In this document: positions 20,398 through 30,453 of the stretch, piece by piece
How positions within the stretch are numbered: position 1 is the first letter of the stretch
Layout of the letters: each line of letters opens with the position of its first letter
DNA from: Pseudomonadota bacterium
GTDB taxonomy: Bacteria; Pseudomonadota; Alphaproteobacteria; Rhizobiales; Xanthobacteraceae
Assembly (NCBI GenBank): GCA_023404675.1
Contig: JAEYAW010000031.1
Coordinates: 56,427-120,426, forward strand
Direction: 5' to 3'
DNA length: 64,000 nucleotides
The notes under the pieces: model-generated
Databases searched by the model: none
The model's input: only the letters and a program-made list of their open reading frames with translations
What the model was told of the DNA's origin: nothing
Made by a program: the position numbers and the translations under genes

Positions 20398-21825
20398 GTG
20401 CGGTGGATGATCCGGGTTTCGAAGATCTTCGTCGCTGTCTGCATGGTGTTGCTGGCGGCGTCGTTCGGTATTGTGCTGTTTGCCGCCGCCGGCTTGTCCG
20501 CCGTCGCTTCGGTGGCGGCGGCCGCTGTCGCGCTGATCCTGATGGCTCTCTATCACGCGGTCGCGCTGCGCATGAACCAGCAGGGGGAAGCCAGCGAACA
20601 GATCGCCAACCTGTCGCGTGGAACTGCGGATCTCGCACGGCAGGTCGCCGAGATCGGGCGGCGGCTCGCAGCGGTCGAAAACCGGCTCGGCACGATCGAG
20701 AACGCTTCGAAGGAGCGGGATCAGACCGCGCTGGGTGAAATCGGTGAACTCGGCACGCTCGTCAATCAACTCGCGATGACCGTCGCCGACCACGACGATA
20801 AACTGACCCTCGCGCTGGAGCATTCGGCTGCTCAACCATCAGCTGCAGAACTGCGTGCGCCGGAGCCACGCACCGAGGAGCCCGCAACCATCGCACCGGC
20901 TCTCGTGCCCGAACCTGCCAGCGCCTCCAGGCCGCAAAAGCCGCCGGTGCCCGCGAACATCCTTCCGGCGCTGCGGACCGCCATCGACGCCAATCGGATC
21001 GACCTGTTCCTGCAGCCGATCGTGACGCTGCCGCAGCGCAAGGTCCGCTTCTATGAGGCGGTCGCGCGGTTGCGCGACGAGAACGACGCGGTGATCGCCG
21101 CGGAAACCTTCGTGGACGTGGCGGAGGAAGCGGGTCTGATCGCGCGGATCGACCATATGGTGATCTTCCGCTGCGTTCAGGTGCTGCGCCGCCTGATGGT
21201 CCGCAACAAGGACGTCAACATCTTCTGCAACATGTCGGCGGCAACCCTCGCCGACAGCGCGGTGTTCGCCCAGTGCCTCGACTATCTCGATGCCAACCGG
21301 GCATTGGCTCCATCCTTCATTATCGAGTTCAAGCAGAGCACGTTCGATAATCTCGATCTGGCGGAAAGCGAGCACCTCGCAGCGCTGGCACAGCGTGGCT
21401 TCCGTTTCTCAATCGATCACGTCACCGACCTGCGCCTGGAGCCTCGCGAACTGGCCGACCGCGGCGTGCGCTTCATCAAGGTCCCAGCGAGCCTGCTGCT
21501 GGACGAACGCCAGTCCTCGGTCTCGAATATCCATCCCGCCGACCTCTCCGATCTGCTCGGCCGCTTTGGCATCGATCTGATCGTAGAGAGGATCGAGGGC
21601 GAGAGCGCGGTGCTCGACCTGCTCGACTACGACGTTCGTTTCGGTCAGGGTTTTCTGTTCTCCCCCCCGCGTCCGCTCAAGCCGGAAGCGGCTGCCGTCA
21701 ACTCGCCCCGGGCCGGGACAAGCGGCGTGTCCGCCTCCGCGAACGCCGGTCCTGCGCAATCCCCCCCGCCGTCACGCCCTGCCGGTCTTTCCGCGCTGGC
21801 GCGCCGCGCCAGCGGCCCAGTCTGA
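20398..21825 (+). CDS. Membrane-anchored EAL-domain protein (putative c-di-GMP phosphodiesterase)
   Basis: Two N-terminal TM segments, a coiled-coil region, then EAL-domain blocks FLQPIVTLPQRKVRFYEAVARLRD, FSIDHVTDL, FIKVP, VERIEGE and GQGFLFSPP. The start may instead be the ATG 9 nt downstream. Confidence 0.85.
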   Translation: MRWMIRVSKIFVAVCMVLLAASFGIVLFAAAGLSAVASVAAAAVALILMALYHAVALRMNQQGEASEQIANLSRGTADLARQVAEIGRRLAAVENRLGTIENASKERDQTALGEIGELGTLVNQLAMTVADHDDKLTLALEHSAAQPSAAELRAPEPRTEEPATIAPALVPEPASASRPQKPPVPANILPALRTAIDANRIDLFLQPIVTLPQRKVRFYEAVARLRDENDAVIAAETFVDVAEEAGLIARIDHMVIFRCVQVLRRLMVRNKDVNIFCNMSAATLADSAVFAQCLDYLDANRALAPSFIIEFKQSTFDNLDLAESEHLAALAQRGFRFSIDHVTDLRLEPRELADRGVRFIKVPASLLLDERQSSVSNIHPADLSDLLGRFGIDLIVERIEGESAVLDLLDYDVRFGQGFLFSPPRPLKPEAAAVNSPRAGTSGVSASANAGPAQSPPPSRPAGLSALARRASGPV

Positions 21826-21837
21826 GTTGTTTCCGAT

Positions 21838-22695
21838 ATGACGCTCCTGCGCTTCGTCGAGCATTTGCGCGACCTCACCGGCAATGCCGACATCATTCTC
21901 AGCGACGTCTGGGGCGTCCTGCACGACGGCAAACGCGCCTTCCCCGAGGCCTGCGCAGCGCTGCGTTCGTTTCGCCAGACCGGCGGCACGGTAGTGCTCA
22001 TCACCAACGCACCCCGCCCCTGGGATTCGGTGCGCGACCAGTTGCGCCAGCTTGGCGCGCCGGATGACTGCTACGACGGCATCGTCTCGTCGGGCGACCT
22101 GACGCGCAGCTACATCGCCACGCGCCCCGGCATGGGCGTGTTCCAGATCGGCCCCGGCCGCGATCACCCGATCTATCACGGGCAGGATGTCAGCTTCGCG
22201 CCGCTGGACTCGGCCGATTTCATCGTCTGCACCGGTCTGTTCGACGACGACACGGAAACGCCGGAGGATTATCGCGGCATGATGGAGCGGGCCAGAACAC
22301 GCGGCCTTCCCTTCGTCTGCGCCAACCCCGATCTCGTGGTCGAGCGCGGCGCGGACCTGATCTACTGCGCGGGCGCCATCGCCGAGCTCTACGGCACGCT
22401 GGGCGGCGAGGTGATCTATTTCGGCAAGCCTTACGCGCCGATCTACGACGAGGCCATCGCCAAGGCGAAGCGCCTGCGCGGCAACGGCAAGGGCGAGCGC
22501 GTCCTCGCCATCGGCGACTCCGTGCGTACCGATCTCACGGGCGCCAACACCATGGGGATCGACTGCGTTTTCGTCACCCGCGGCATTCACGCCGGCGACT
22601 TCGAGGCGTTCGAGACGTTCGATGACGCGGCAGTCAAGACATTGTTCGGTGAACACAAACCGCCGCTCGCCCTGATGCGCGATCTCAGGTGGTGA
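21838..22695 (+). CDS. HAD-superfamily class IIA hydrolase (TIGR01459-like)
   Basis: ILSDVWGVLHDG N-terminal motif, VLITNAPR, and a C-terminal GDSVRTDLTGAN block. Confidence 0.85.
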   Translation: MTLLRFVEHLRDLTGNADIILSDVWGVLHDGKRAFPEACAALRSFRQTGGTVVLITNAPRPWDSVRDQLRQLGAPDDCYDGIVSSGDLTRSYIATRPGMGVFQIGPGRDHPIYHGQDVSFAPLDSADFIVCTGLFDDDTETPEDYRGMMERARTRGLPFVCANPDLVVERGADLIYCAGAIAELYGTLGGEVIYFGKPYAPIYDEAIAKAKRLRGNGKGERVLAIGDSVRTDLTGANTMGIDCVFVTRGIHAGDFEAFETFDDAAVKTLFGEHKPPLALMRDLRW

Positions 22696-22799
22696 TGACG
22701 GACCACATCGCAGCAACAGGCTGGCAGGCACAGGCTGAACGCAAAACGGCCGGGACGAACCCGGCCGTTTCCAACGAAAAACTGAAGGCGTGAAGCCGC

Positions 22800-23195
22800 T
22801 CAGGCGGCGACGTTGTCCGGAAACACCGCGTCGATCTTGCTCTTCAGCGTCGCGGCGTTGAACGGCTTGACGATGTAATTGTTTACGCCCGCTTTCTTGG
22901 CGGCGATCACGTTCTCGGTCTTCGATTCCGCCGTGATCATGATGAAGGGCGTCGTCGCGAGATTGGGATCGGCGCGGACTTCCTTGAGAAGCTCGAAGCC
23001 GGTCATCGGCTCCATGTTCCAGTCGGAGATCACGAGGCCATATTTCTTGGTGCGCATCTTGGCAAGCGCGGCGGATCCGTCGCTGGCGTCGTCGATGTTC
23101 TCGAACCCAAGCTGCTTAAGCAGGTTACGGATGATGCGGATCATCGTGTTGTAGTCGTCAACCACAAGAACCGGCATCGACAAATCAACGGCCAT
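22800..23195 (-). CDS. cheY: Single-domain response regulator, CheY-like
   Basis: VLVVDDYNTMIRIIRNLLKQLGFENIDDASDGSAAL...VISDWNMEPMTGFELLK...NYIVKPFNAATLKSKI is closely collinear with E. coli CheY. No che operon is nearby. Confidence 0.88.
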   Translation of the reverse strand: MAVDLSMPVLVVDDYNTMIRIIRNLLKQLGFENIDDASDGSAALAKMRTKKYGLVISDWNMEPMTGFELLKEVRADPNLATTPFIMITAESKTENVIAAKKAGVNNYIVKPFNAATLKSKIDAVFPDNVAA

Positions 23196-23416
23196 CGCCC
23201 CTTCTCCGAAAGTCGTCGCCCGCAGACCCGCGAGCAGTCTGGTCTGACATTAACGGGCGGTCTTAAACAGCACGTTAACCCCGGAACCCAGATTGCACGA
23301 AACACGGGGCACAACCCGGCGAAACCGGACCGGACTTGACTTCCCGGACGCGGCGCGCATGGTCCCGTGCCACCCGTCTCGCCTCCGGCGCGCATCCTGA
23401 AGTTCCGCATCCGACC

Positions 23417-24394
23417 ATGACCCAGCCCTTCGCCGTCATCCGCGACACCACCCCGGCGGACGCGATTCCGCGTGGAGCCGTGGTGGCTCTGGGAAATTTC
23501 GACGGCGTCCACCGCGGCCACCGCGAGGTGATCGCGGTGGCGCAGCACATGGCCGCCGAGCGCGGCAAACCCGCGCTGGCGGTGACGTTCGAGCCGCATC
23601 CGCGGACCTTCTTCAGTCCCAACACCCCGCAATTCCGCCTCACAGACTTGAGCGACAAGCTGCGCCTGCTGGCCGGCAGGGGGCTCACCGGCGCCGTGGT
23701 GATGACCTTCGATGCCGAGCGGGCCCGCACCAGCGCGCAGGATTTCATCCAGCGCGACCTCGTCGAGAGGCTTGGAATCTCTGGCGTTTCGGTCGGCTAC
23801 GACTTCCACTTCGGCAAGGGGCGTGGCGGCTCGCCAACCTTGCTGGCCGAGGAAGGGGCACGACGCGGCTTCGAGGTGCACATCCAGTCCCACGTCGATT
23901 TCGACGGCCGCTCGGTGTCCTCCACCGCCATTCGCAATGCGCTCGGTCAGGGCCAGATCGACGAGGCGAACGATCTGCTCGGCTATCCCTATTTCATCAG
24001 TGGCGAGGTGATCCACGGCGAGAAGCGCGGGCGCGATCTCGGCTACCCGACCGCCAATATCCGGCTCGATCCCGCCTGCGGCCTGCGCCATGGCATCTAT
24101 GCGGTGCGGGTCGGCCGAGGACGTGAGCGGATCGGCGGAATCGCGAGCTTCGGCCGCCGCCCGACCTTCGACAACGGTGCGCCGCTGCTCGAAGTGTTCC
24201 TGTTCGATTTCAAAGGCAATCTTTACGGCCAGTCGCTGGACGTCGCCTTCCTCGGCTTTTTGCGGGAGGAACTGAAATTCGACTCCATCGAGGCCCTGAT
24301 CCGCCAGATGGACGCCGACAGCATGCAGGCACGCGCGGTGCTCGCGGCCCAGCCGGATACGTTTCCCGCACTGGGTGACGTGGTAGACCTCTGA
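23417..24394 (+). CDS. ribF: Bifunctional riboflavin kinase / FMN adenylyltransferase
   Basis: GNFDGVHRGH (FAD synthetase motif) and GEKRGRDLGYPTANI (riboflavin kinase). The start is at the internal ATG of MTQPFAVI. Confidence 0.95.
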   Translation: MTQPFAVIRDTTPADAIPRGAVVALGNFDGVHRGHREVIAVAQHMAAERGKPALAVTFEPHPRTFFSPNTPQFRLTDLSDKLRLLAGRGLTGAVVMTFDAERARTSAQDFIQRDLVERLGISGVSVGYDFHFGKGRGGSPTLLAEEGARRGFEVHIQSHVDFDGRSVSSTAIRNALGQGQIDEANDLLGYPYFISGEVIHGEKRGRDLGYPTANIRLDPACGLRHGIYAVRVGRGRERIGGIASFGRRPTFDNGAPLLEVFLFDFKGNLYGQSLDVAFLGFLREELKFDSIEALIRQMDADSMQARAVLAAQPDTFPALGDVVDL

Positions 24395-24599
24395 CGAGCT
24401 CGCTTCGCCCTCGATCGCGGGGCTTTCCGCCCGCCCGTCCGCCTGCTAAGAACGCCGCCATGTCCGTGCGGCGCGCCATCATCGTGATTAGCGGCCCGGC
24501 TTCCGCCTGAGCCTTCGCTCGGCGCAAGACCGGGATGTTTTCGTTTTCGCCCGCCAGATCCGCGGCCGCCGCCGCGCCAGAACCCGCCAGAGCAATTCG

Positions 24600-27599
24600 A
24601 TGTCCGACACCAAGCCGAAGGCCGAGACCGACAAGGCCGCCCACGACTATTCCGCGACGCTGTTCCTGCCGCAGACCGATTTCCCGATGCGCGCGGGGCT
24701 TCCGCAGCGCGAGCCGGACCTGCTGAAACGCTGGCAGGACATCGACCTTTACAAGAAGCTGCGCGAGACTGCCTACGGCCGGCCGAAATTCGTGCTGCAT
24801 GACGGCCCGCCCTACGCCAACGGCCATATCCACATCGGCCACGCGCTCAACAAGATCCTCAAGGACGTCGTGACCAAGAGCCAGCAGATGCTTGGCCACG
24901 ATTCCAACTACGTGCCGGGGTGGGACTGTCACGGCCTGCCGATCGAGTGGAAGATCGAGGAAGAGAACTATCGCTCCAAGGGCAAGGCCAAGCCGGACTT
25001 CCGCGACGGCGCGGCGATGATCGCGTTCCGGCAGGAGTGCCGTGCCTATGCCGAGAACTGGCTCAACGTGCAGCGCGAGGAGTTCAAGCGGCTCGGCGTG
25101 ATCGGCGACTGGGATCATCCCTACACGACGATGGCCTATTTCGCCGAGGCGCAGATTGCACGCGAGCTGATGAAGTTCGCGGCCAATGGCACGCTGTATC
25201 GCGGCTCCAAGCCCGTGATGTGGAGCGTGGTCGAGAAGACCGCGCTGGCCGAGGCGGAGGTCGAATACGAGGACTATACCAGCGATACGGTGTGGGTGAA
25301 ATTCCCTGTTACCTCGCCCGCGCACGGCCGGCTCGCCAACGCTTCCGTGGTGATCTGGACCACGACGCCGTGGACGCTGCCCGGCAACCGCGCCATCAGC
25401 TTCTCGCCGAAGATTTCCTATAGCCTCTACAAGATTACCGATGCGCCCGAAGACAACTGGGCGAAGACCGGCGACACGCTGATCCTGGCCGACGCGCTGG
25501 CCGAGGCGGTGTTCAAGCAGGCGCGCGTCACGTCTTACGAAAACATCGGCGCGATCTCCGCCGACGTGCTCGATGCGGTCGAGTGCCGCCATCCGTTCGC
25601 GAACCTTGAAGGCGGCTATAACTTCACCGTGCCGCTGCTGGCGGGCGATCACGTCACCGACGACGCGGGCACGGGCTTCGTGCACACCGCGCCGGGCCAT
25701 GGCCGCGAGGACTTCGACATCTGGACAGCGAACGCGCGCGAACTCGAAGCGCGCGGCATCTCGTCCGCGATCCCCTACACGGTGGACGAGAACGGCGCGC
25801 TCACGGCGCAGGCCCCCGGCTTCACCGGCAAGCGCGTGATCGACGACAAGGGTAACAAGGGCGATGCCAACGAGGCCGTCATCAAGGCCCTCGTCGAGCG
25901 CGGCCTGCTGCTCGCGCGCGGGCGGCTCAAGCACCAGTATCCGCATTCGTGGCGCTCCAAGAAGCCGGTGATCTTCCGCAACACGCCGCAGTGGTTCATC
26001 GCGATGGACAAGGATATCGCGGCGACCGACGGCAGCGCGGCGAAAGGCGACACCCTTCGCAACCGCGCGCTCGCCGCCATCAAGGCGACGCGCTGGGTGC
26101 CGCCGCAGGGCGAGAACCGCATCAACGGCATGATCGCCAACCGCCCGGACTGGGTGATCTCGCGCCAGCGGGCCTGGGGCGTACCGATCGCCGTGTTCGT
26201 GCGCGAGCTGAGCGACGGCTCCGCCGAAATCCTCAAGGACGAGACGGTCAACGCCCGCATCGCCGAGGCCTTCGAGGCCGAGGGCGCGGACGCCTGGTAC
26301 GCGGCCGGCGCGCGCGAGCGTTTCCTCGGTTCGCGCGCCAACGAGGACTGGACCAAGGTCGACGACATTCTCGACGTCTGGTTCGACTCCGGCTCGACGC
26401 ACGCCTTCGTGCTGGAAGACCCGGTGCATTTCCCCGGCCTCGCGGGCATCCGCCGCAAGATCGACGGCGGCGCGGACTCGGTCATGTATCTTGAGGGTTC
26501 GGACCAGCATCGCGGCTGGTTTCACTCCTCGCTGCTGGAAAGCTGCGGCACGCGCGGCCGCGCGCCGTACGACTATGTTCTGACTCACGGCTTCACGCTG
26601 GACGAGAACGGCCGCAAGATGTCGAAGTCGCTCGGCAACACGGTGGAGCCGCAGAAGGTCATCAAGGAGTCCGGTGCGGACATCCTGCGCCTGTGGGTCT
26701 GCGCCTCGGACTATTCCGACGATCAGCGCATCGGCCCTGAAATCCTCAAAACCACTGTCGATACCTACCGCAAGCTGCGCAACACCATTCGCTGGATGCT
26801 GGGCACGCTGCATCACTTCAAACGCGGCGAGGCCGTCGCCGTCGCCGGGATGCCCGAGCTTGAGCGGCTGATGCTGCACCGCCTTGCCGAGGTCGATGCG
26901 GTGGTGCGCCCCGCCTACGAGAACTTCGACTACAAGACCGTGGTGGCGCAGCTTGCGGCGTTCATGAACACCGAGCTGTCGGCGTTCTATTTCGACATCC
27001 GCAAGGACACGCTGTATTGCGATGCGCCCTCCTCGCTCGCGCGCAAGGCGGCGCTGACGACCGTGGACATCCTGTGCGACGCGATCCTGAAGTGGCTCGC
27101 GCCCGTCCTCAGCTTCACCTGCGACGAAGCGTGGATCAGCTATCGCCCAGATGCGGAGCCGTCGGTGCATCTCGCCACCTTCCGCGACGACCTCGCGCAG
27201 TATCGCGACGAGGCGCTCGCCGATAAGTGGGCAAAAATCCGCGACGTGCGGCGCGTCGTCACCGGCGCTCTGGAGATCGAGCGCGCGGCCAAGCGGATCG
27301 GCTCCTCGCTCGAAGCCTCACCGCTGGTCTTCGTCAACGATCCGGCCATCTTCGCGACACTGTTCGACATCGATCTCGCCGAGGTGTGCATCACCTCCAA
27401 CGCCATGATCACCAACGAGGACCCGCCGGCCGACGCCTTCACGCTGCCGGACGTCGCGGGCGTCGCGGTGGTGGTCGAGAAGGCGCAAGGCAAGAAATGC
27501 GCGCGCTCGTGGAAAATCTCGCCGCTGGTCGGCGAGGATCCCGAATATCCGGACGTGACCCCGCGCGACGCGCAGGCGCTGCGCGAATGGAAGGCGTGA
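24600..27599 (+). CDS. ileS: Isoleucine--tRNA ligase
   Basis: HIGH motif ([11 protein letters not shown]) and KMSKS motif (RKMSKSLGN). 999 aa. Confidence 0.97.
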   Translation: MSDTKPKAETDKAAHDYSATLFLPQTDFPMRAGLPQREPDLLKRWQDIDLYKKLRETAYGRPKFVLHDGPPYANGHIHIGHALNKILKDVVTKSQQMLGHDSNYVPGWDCHGLPIEWKIEEENYRSKGKAKPDFRDGAAMIAFRQECRAYAENWLNVQREEFKRLGVIGDWDHPYTTMAYFAEAQIARELMKFAANGTLYRGSKPVMWSVVEKTALAEAEVEYEDYTSDTVWVKFPVTSPAHGRLANASVVIWTTTPWTLPGNRAISFSPKISYSLYKITDAPEDNWAKTGDTLILADALAEAVFKQARVTSYENIGAISADVLDAVECRHPFANLEGGYNFTVPLLAGDHVTDDAGTGFVHTAPGHGREDFDIWTANARELEARGISSAIPYTVDENGALTAQAPGFTGKRVIDDKGNKGDANEAVIKALVERGLLLARGRLKHQYPHSWRSKKPVIFRNTPQWFIAMDKDIAATDGSAAKGDTLRNRALAAIKATRWVPPQGENRINGMIANRPDWVISRQRAWGVPIAVFVRELSDGSAEILKDETVNARIAEAFEAEGADAWYAAGARERFLGSRANEDWTKVDDILDVWFDSGSTHAFVLEDPVHFPGLAGIRRKIDGGADSVMYLEGSDQHRGWFHSSLLESCGTRGRAPYDYVLTHGFTLDENGRKMSKSLGNTVEPQKVIKESGADILRLWVCASDYSDDQRIGPEILKTTVDTYRKLRNTIRWMLGTLHHFKRGEAVAVAGMPELERLMLHRLAEVDAVVRPAYENFDYKTVVAQLAAFMNTELSAFYFDIRKDTLYCDAPSSLARKAALTTVDILCDAILKWLAPVLSFTCDEAWISYRPDAEPSVHLATFRDDLAQYRDEALADKWAKIRDVRRVVTGALEIERAAKRIGSSLEASPLVFVNDPAIFATLFDIDLAEVCITSNAMITNEDPPADAFTLPDVAGVAVVVEKAQGKKCARSWKISPLVGEDPEYPDVTPRDAQALREWKA

Positions 27600-27606
27600 C
27601 CGGAGC

Positions 27607-28104
27607 ATGAGCCCGTTCCTGCGCCTCGGTCTCGCAACGGCGGTGGTCACGGCCGCGCTGGATCAGGCCCTCAAGCTGTGGCTGCTGTTCGTGTTCGAGC
27701 TGGGACGGCGCGGCACGGTGCGCATCGCCCCGTTCGCCGACCTCGTGCTGGCCTGGAACACCGGCATCAGCTACGGCCTGTTGCAGACCGAAAGCGTCCT
27801 CGGCCAATGGCTGCTGTTCGCCTTCAAGGCGGCGGCCGTGGTCGCGCTCGCGATCTGGATGGCGCGCTCTCACACCCGTCTTGCGACATTCAGTCTCGGG
27901 CTGATCATCGGGGGCGCGATCGGCAACGCCATCGACCGGGCCGCCTACGGGGCGGTGGTCGATTTCATGCTGCTGCACGCGCAGATCGGCGAGAAAACCT
28001 ACAACTGGTACGTGTTCAATCTGGCGGATGTCGCCATCGTTGCGGGGGTCATCGGGCTCCTGTATGACTCCCTGCGCGCGCCTGCCGCCGCAAAAGTGCC
28101 CTGA
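27607..28104 (+). CDS. lspA: Lipoprotein signal peptidase II
   Basis: Blocks NTGISYG, IGGAIGNAIDR, VVDF and FNLADVAI. Conserved ileS-lspA synteny. Confidence 0.93.
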   Translation: MSPFLRLGLATAVVTAALDQALKLWLLFVFELGRRGTVRIAPFADLVLAWNTGISYGLLQTESVLGQWLLFAFKAAAVVALAIWMARSHTRLATFSLGLIIGGAIGNAIDRAAYGAVVDFMLLHAQIGEKTYNWYVFNLADVAIVAGVIGLLYDSLRAPAAAKVP

Positions 28105-28203
28105 TCCGCGCCAATATCACAGGCTTCCGGATCGTCGGCGGAACCGCCGGGGATCCGCTCCGAATTTGCGATCGGCGATCGCCGCAGGTTTCGAGGTCAT
28201 GAC

Positions 28204-28935
28204 ATGCGCAAGACTGTACCGGCCAGCCGCCTCTTTCTGTTCAAGCCCGCCACCTCCCGTCTGATGCGGGCGACGATGGCGGCGGCCAGTATTGGTCTCG
28301 TCCTCGCGGCCGCCCCTGCAAAGGCGCAGGAGGACGAAGAGGCAGACGACAGCACCTTCGAGCAGCGGATCATTCGCAACCTGATGAGCGGCATCGGCGC
28401 CAAGAGCATGGAAGACCGCGGCATTACCTATCGCGAGCGCTCGCCGCTGGTCGTGCCGCGCAGTGTCGACCAGCTGCCTGCGCCCGAGCAGCGCGGCAAG
28501 ATCGCCGCGCCGAACTGGCCGAAGGATCCCGACGTCATCGCGCGCGAGCAGGCGAGGCTCCGCGCGAAGGAGAATCCCGGCGCCGTCTCGCTGATGGACA
28601 GCGCCCGCCCGCTCACCCCGGCGGAAATGGAGGTCGGCCGCATCAAGGGTAAGAAGCGGCAGAAGGAATCGGTGACGCCGGGCGATCCCGTCGGCATGGG
28701 CAATCCGATGCTGTCTCCCTCGCAGCTTGGCTACACCGGCGGTCTGTTCAAGAGCTGGTTCGGTGGCGGCGACGGCAGCGAAACGGCGAAGTTCGACGGC
28801 GAGCCCACCCGCGAGAACCTGACCCAGCCGCCCCCCGGCTATCAAACGCCCTCTCCGAACTATGCCTATGGCACCGGGCCGCAGGAATCCCTCAACAAGG
28901 AATACAATCCGGTCGCGGGTAAATACGGCGACTGA
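28204..28935 (+). CDS. Exported conserved hypothetical protein (possibly DUF3035-like; start uncertain)
   Basis: Signal-like MRATMAAASIGLVLAAAPAKAQ followed by a charged, Pro/Gly-rich, low-complexity sequence. It sits after lspA, as in other alphaproteobacteria (from memory). Confidence 0.6.
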   Translation: MRKTVPASRLFLFKPATSRLMRATMAAASIGLVLAAAPAKAQEDEEADDSTFEQRIIRNLMSGIGAKSMEDRGITYRERSPLVVPRSVDQLPAPEQRGKIAAPNWPKDPDVIAREQARLRAKENPGAVSLMDSARPLTPAEMEVGRIKGKKRQKESVTPGDPVGMGNPMLSPSQLGYTGGLFKSWFGGGDGSETAKFDGEPTRENLTQPPPGYQTPSPNYAYGTGPQESLNKEYNPVAGKYGD

Positions 28936-29040
28936 GCCTCGGGTCCGCGAGGCGGCACCCTGCGCATGCAGGGCCGGCCCCGCGCGTTACCATTCGGTCA
29001 TCCCGCGCATTTGTGATCGCGCGCGAACCACCCGCAGGAT

Positions 29041-30453
29041 ATGGTCCAACGCATGACATCTTTCCTGCACCGCAGTATTCGCGCGGCCGGCTTTCTTGCG
29101 ACATTGATCGCGGGCATCAGTTCAGCCCATGTCAGTTCGGCCCATGCCGGCGAAACCAGCGCGCCCGCCACCTTTACACTCGCCAACGGCCTGCAGGTGG
29201 TCGTCATTCCCGACCATCGCACGCCGGTCGTGACCCAGATGCTCTGGTACAAGGTGGGCGCTGCCGACGAGACGCCCGGTAAATCGGGGCTCGCGCACTT
29301 CCTCGAACATCTGATGTTCAAGGGCACCGCGAAGCATCCGCCGGGCGAGTTCTCGCAGACGGTGATCCGCGTCGGCGGCTCGGAAAATGCGTTCACGTCG
29401 AGCGACTATACCGGCTATTTCCAGCGGGTGCCGAAGGATCAGCTTGGCCTGATGATGGGCTTCGAGGCCGACCGTATGACCGGTCTTATCCTGAAGGACG
29501 AGAACGTGCTGCCCGAACGCGATGTTGTGCTGGAGGAGTACAACATGCGCGTCGCCAACAATCCCGACGCACGGCTCACCGAGCAGATCATGGCCGCGCT
29601 CTATCTCAATCATCCCTACGGGCGGCCGGTGATCGGCTGGCGGCAGGAGATCGAGAAGCTCGATCGCGAGCAGGCGCTGGAATTCTATCGTCGCTTCTAT
29701 GCGCCCAACAACGCCACGCTGGTGGTCGCGGGCGACGTCGAGGCCGCCGATGTGCGTCGCCTCGCCGAACAGACATTCGGGCCGATTCCGCGTCAGGACG
29801 GCATTCCGGCCAAGCGCGTCCGCCCGCAGGAGCCGTTGCCCGCCGCGCCGCGCACCGTGACGCTGGCCGATCCGCGGGTCGAACAGCCGGGCCTGCGCCG
29901 CTTTTATCTGGTGCCTTCCGCGGTTACGGCCGCGAAGGGCGAGAGCGCCGCGCTTGATGTGCTCGCCGCCGTGCTCGGTGCCGGCAGCAACTCGCTGCTC
30001 TATCGCGCGCTGGTGGTCGACAAGCCGCTCGCGGTCAGCGCCAACGCCTGGTACACGGGCACGGCCATCGATGCCACGCAGTTCGGAATTTCAGCTTCCC
30101 CCCAGCCCGGCGTCTCGTTCGCGGATCTCGAAAAGACCATCGACGAGGTCATCGCGACGGTCGCGAAAGACGGCGTGAAGGCCGAGGACCTCGAACGCAC
30201 CAAGACCCAGCTCATCGCCGCTGCGACCTACGCGCAGGACAACCAGAGCCAGCTCGCGCGCTGGTACGGCGCGGGCCTCACGGTCGGCCTCACCATCGAC
30301 GACATCCGAAGCTGGCCCGAACGCATCCGCGCGGTGACGGCCGAACAGGTACGCGATGCCGCACGCACCTGGCTCGACGCCAAACGGTCCGTCACCGGCT
30401 ATCTGGTGAAGGACACCAGCAAGCCGGAAAAGCGCGAGGAGAGACGTTCGTGA
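29041..30453 (+). CDS. M16-family zinc peptidase (pitrilysin-like), catalytic subunit
   Basis: Inverted zinc motif HFLEH in GLAHFLEHLMFKG plus ENAFTS. Signal peptide present. Confidence 0.9.
   Translation: MVQRMTSFLHRSIRAAGFLATLIAGISSAHVSSAHAGETSAPATFTLANGLQVVVIPDHRTPVVTQMLWYKVGAADETPGKSGLAHFLEHLMFKGTAKHPPGEFSQTVIRVGGSENAFTSSDYTGYFQRVPKDQLGLMMGFEADRMTGLILKDENVLPERDVVLEEYNMRVANNPDARLTEQIMAALYLNHPYGRPVIGWRQEIEKLDREQALEFYRRFYAPNNATLVVAGDVEAADVRRLAEQTFGPIPRQDGIPAKRVRPQEPLPAAPRTVTLADPRVEQPGLRRFYLVPSAVTAAKGESAALDVLAAVLGAGSNSLLYRALVVDKPLAVSANAWYTGTAIDATQFGISASPQPGVSFADLEKTIDEVIATVAKDGVKAEDLERTKTQLIAAATYAQDNQSQLARWYGAGLTVGLTIDDIRSWPERIRAVTAEQVRDAARTWLDAKRSVTGYLVKDTSKPEKREERRS

Noticed and set aside
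24210-27170. Very long antisense ORFs opposite well-identified genes. Examples: 986 aa opposite ileS, 985 aa at 60992-63949 opposite ppdK, 728 aa at 38885-41071 opposite the pseudouridine synthase, 806 aa at 54269-56689 opposite DUF2339, 804 aa at 33773-36187 opposite mutL, and 610 aa at 11697-13529 opposite the TonB receptor and PiuC.
   Set aside because: Stop-codon-poor antisense frames are expected in high-GC genomes. Their translations are Arg/Ala/Gly/His/Asp-rich with no recognisable motifs, while the sense strands carry unmistakable conserved signatures.
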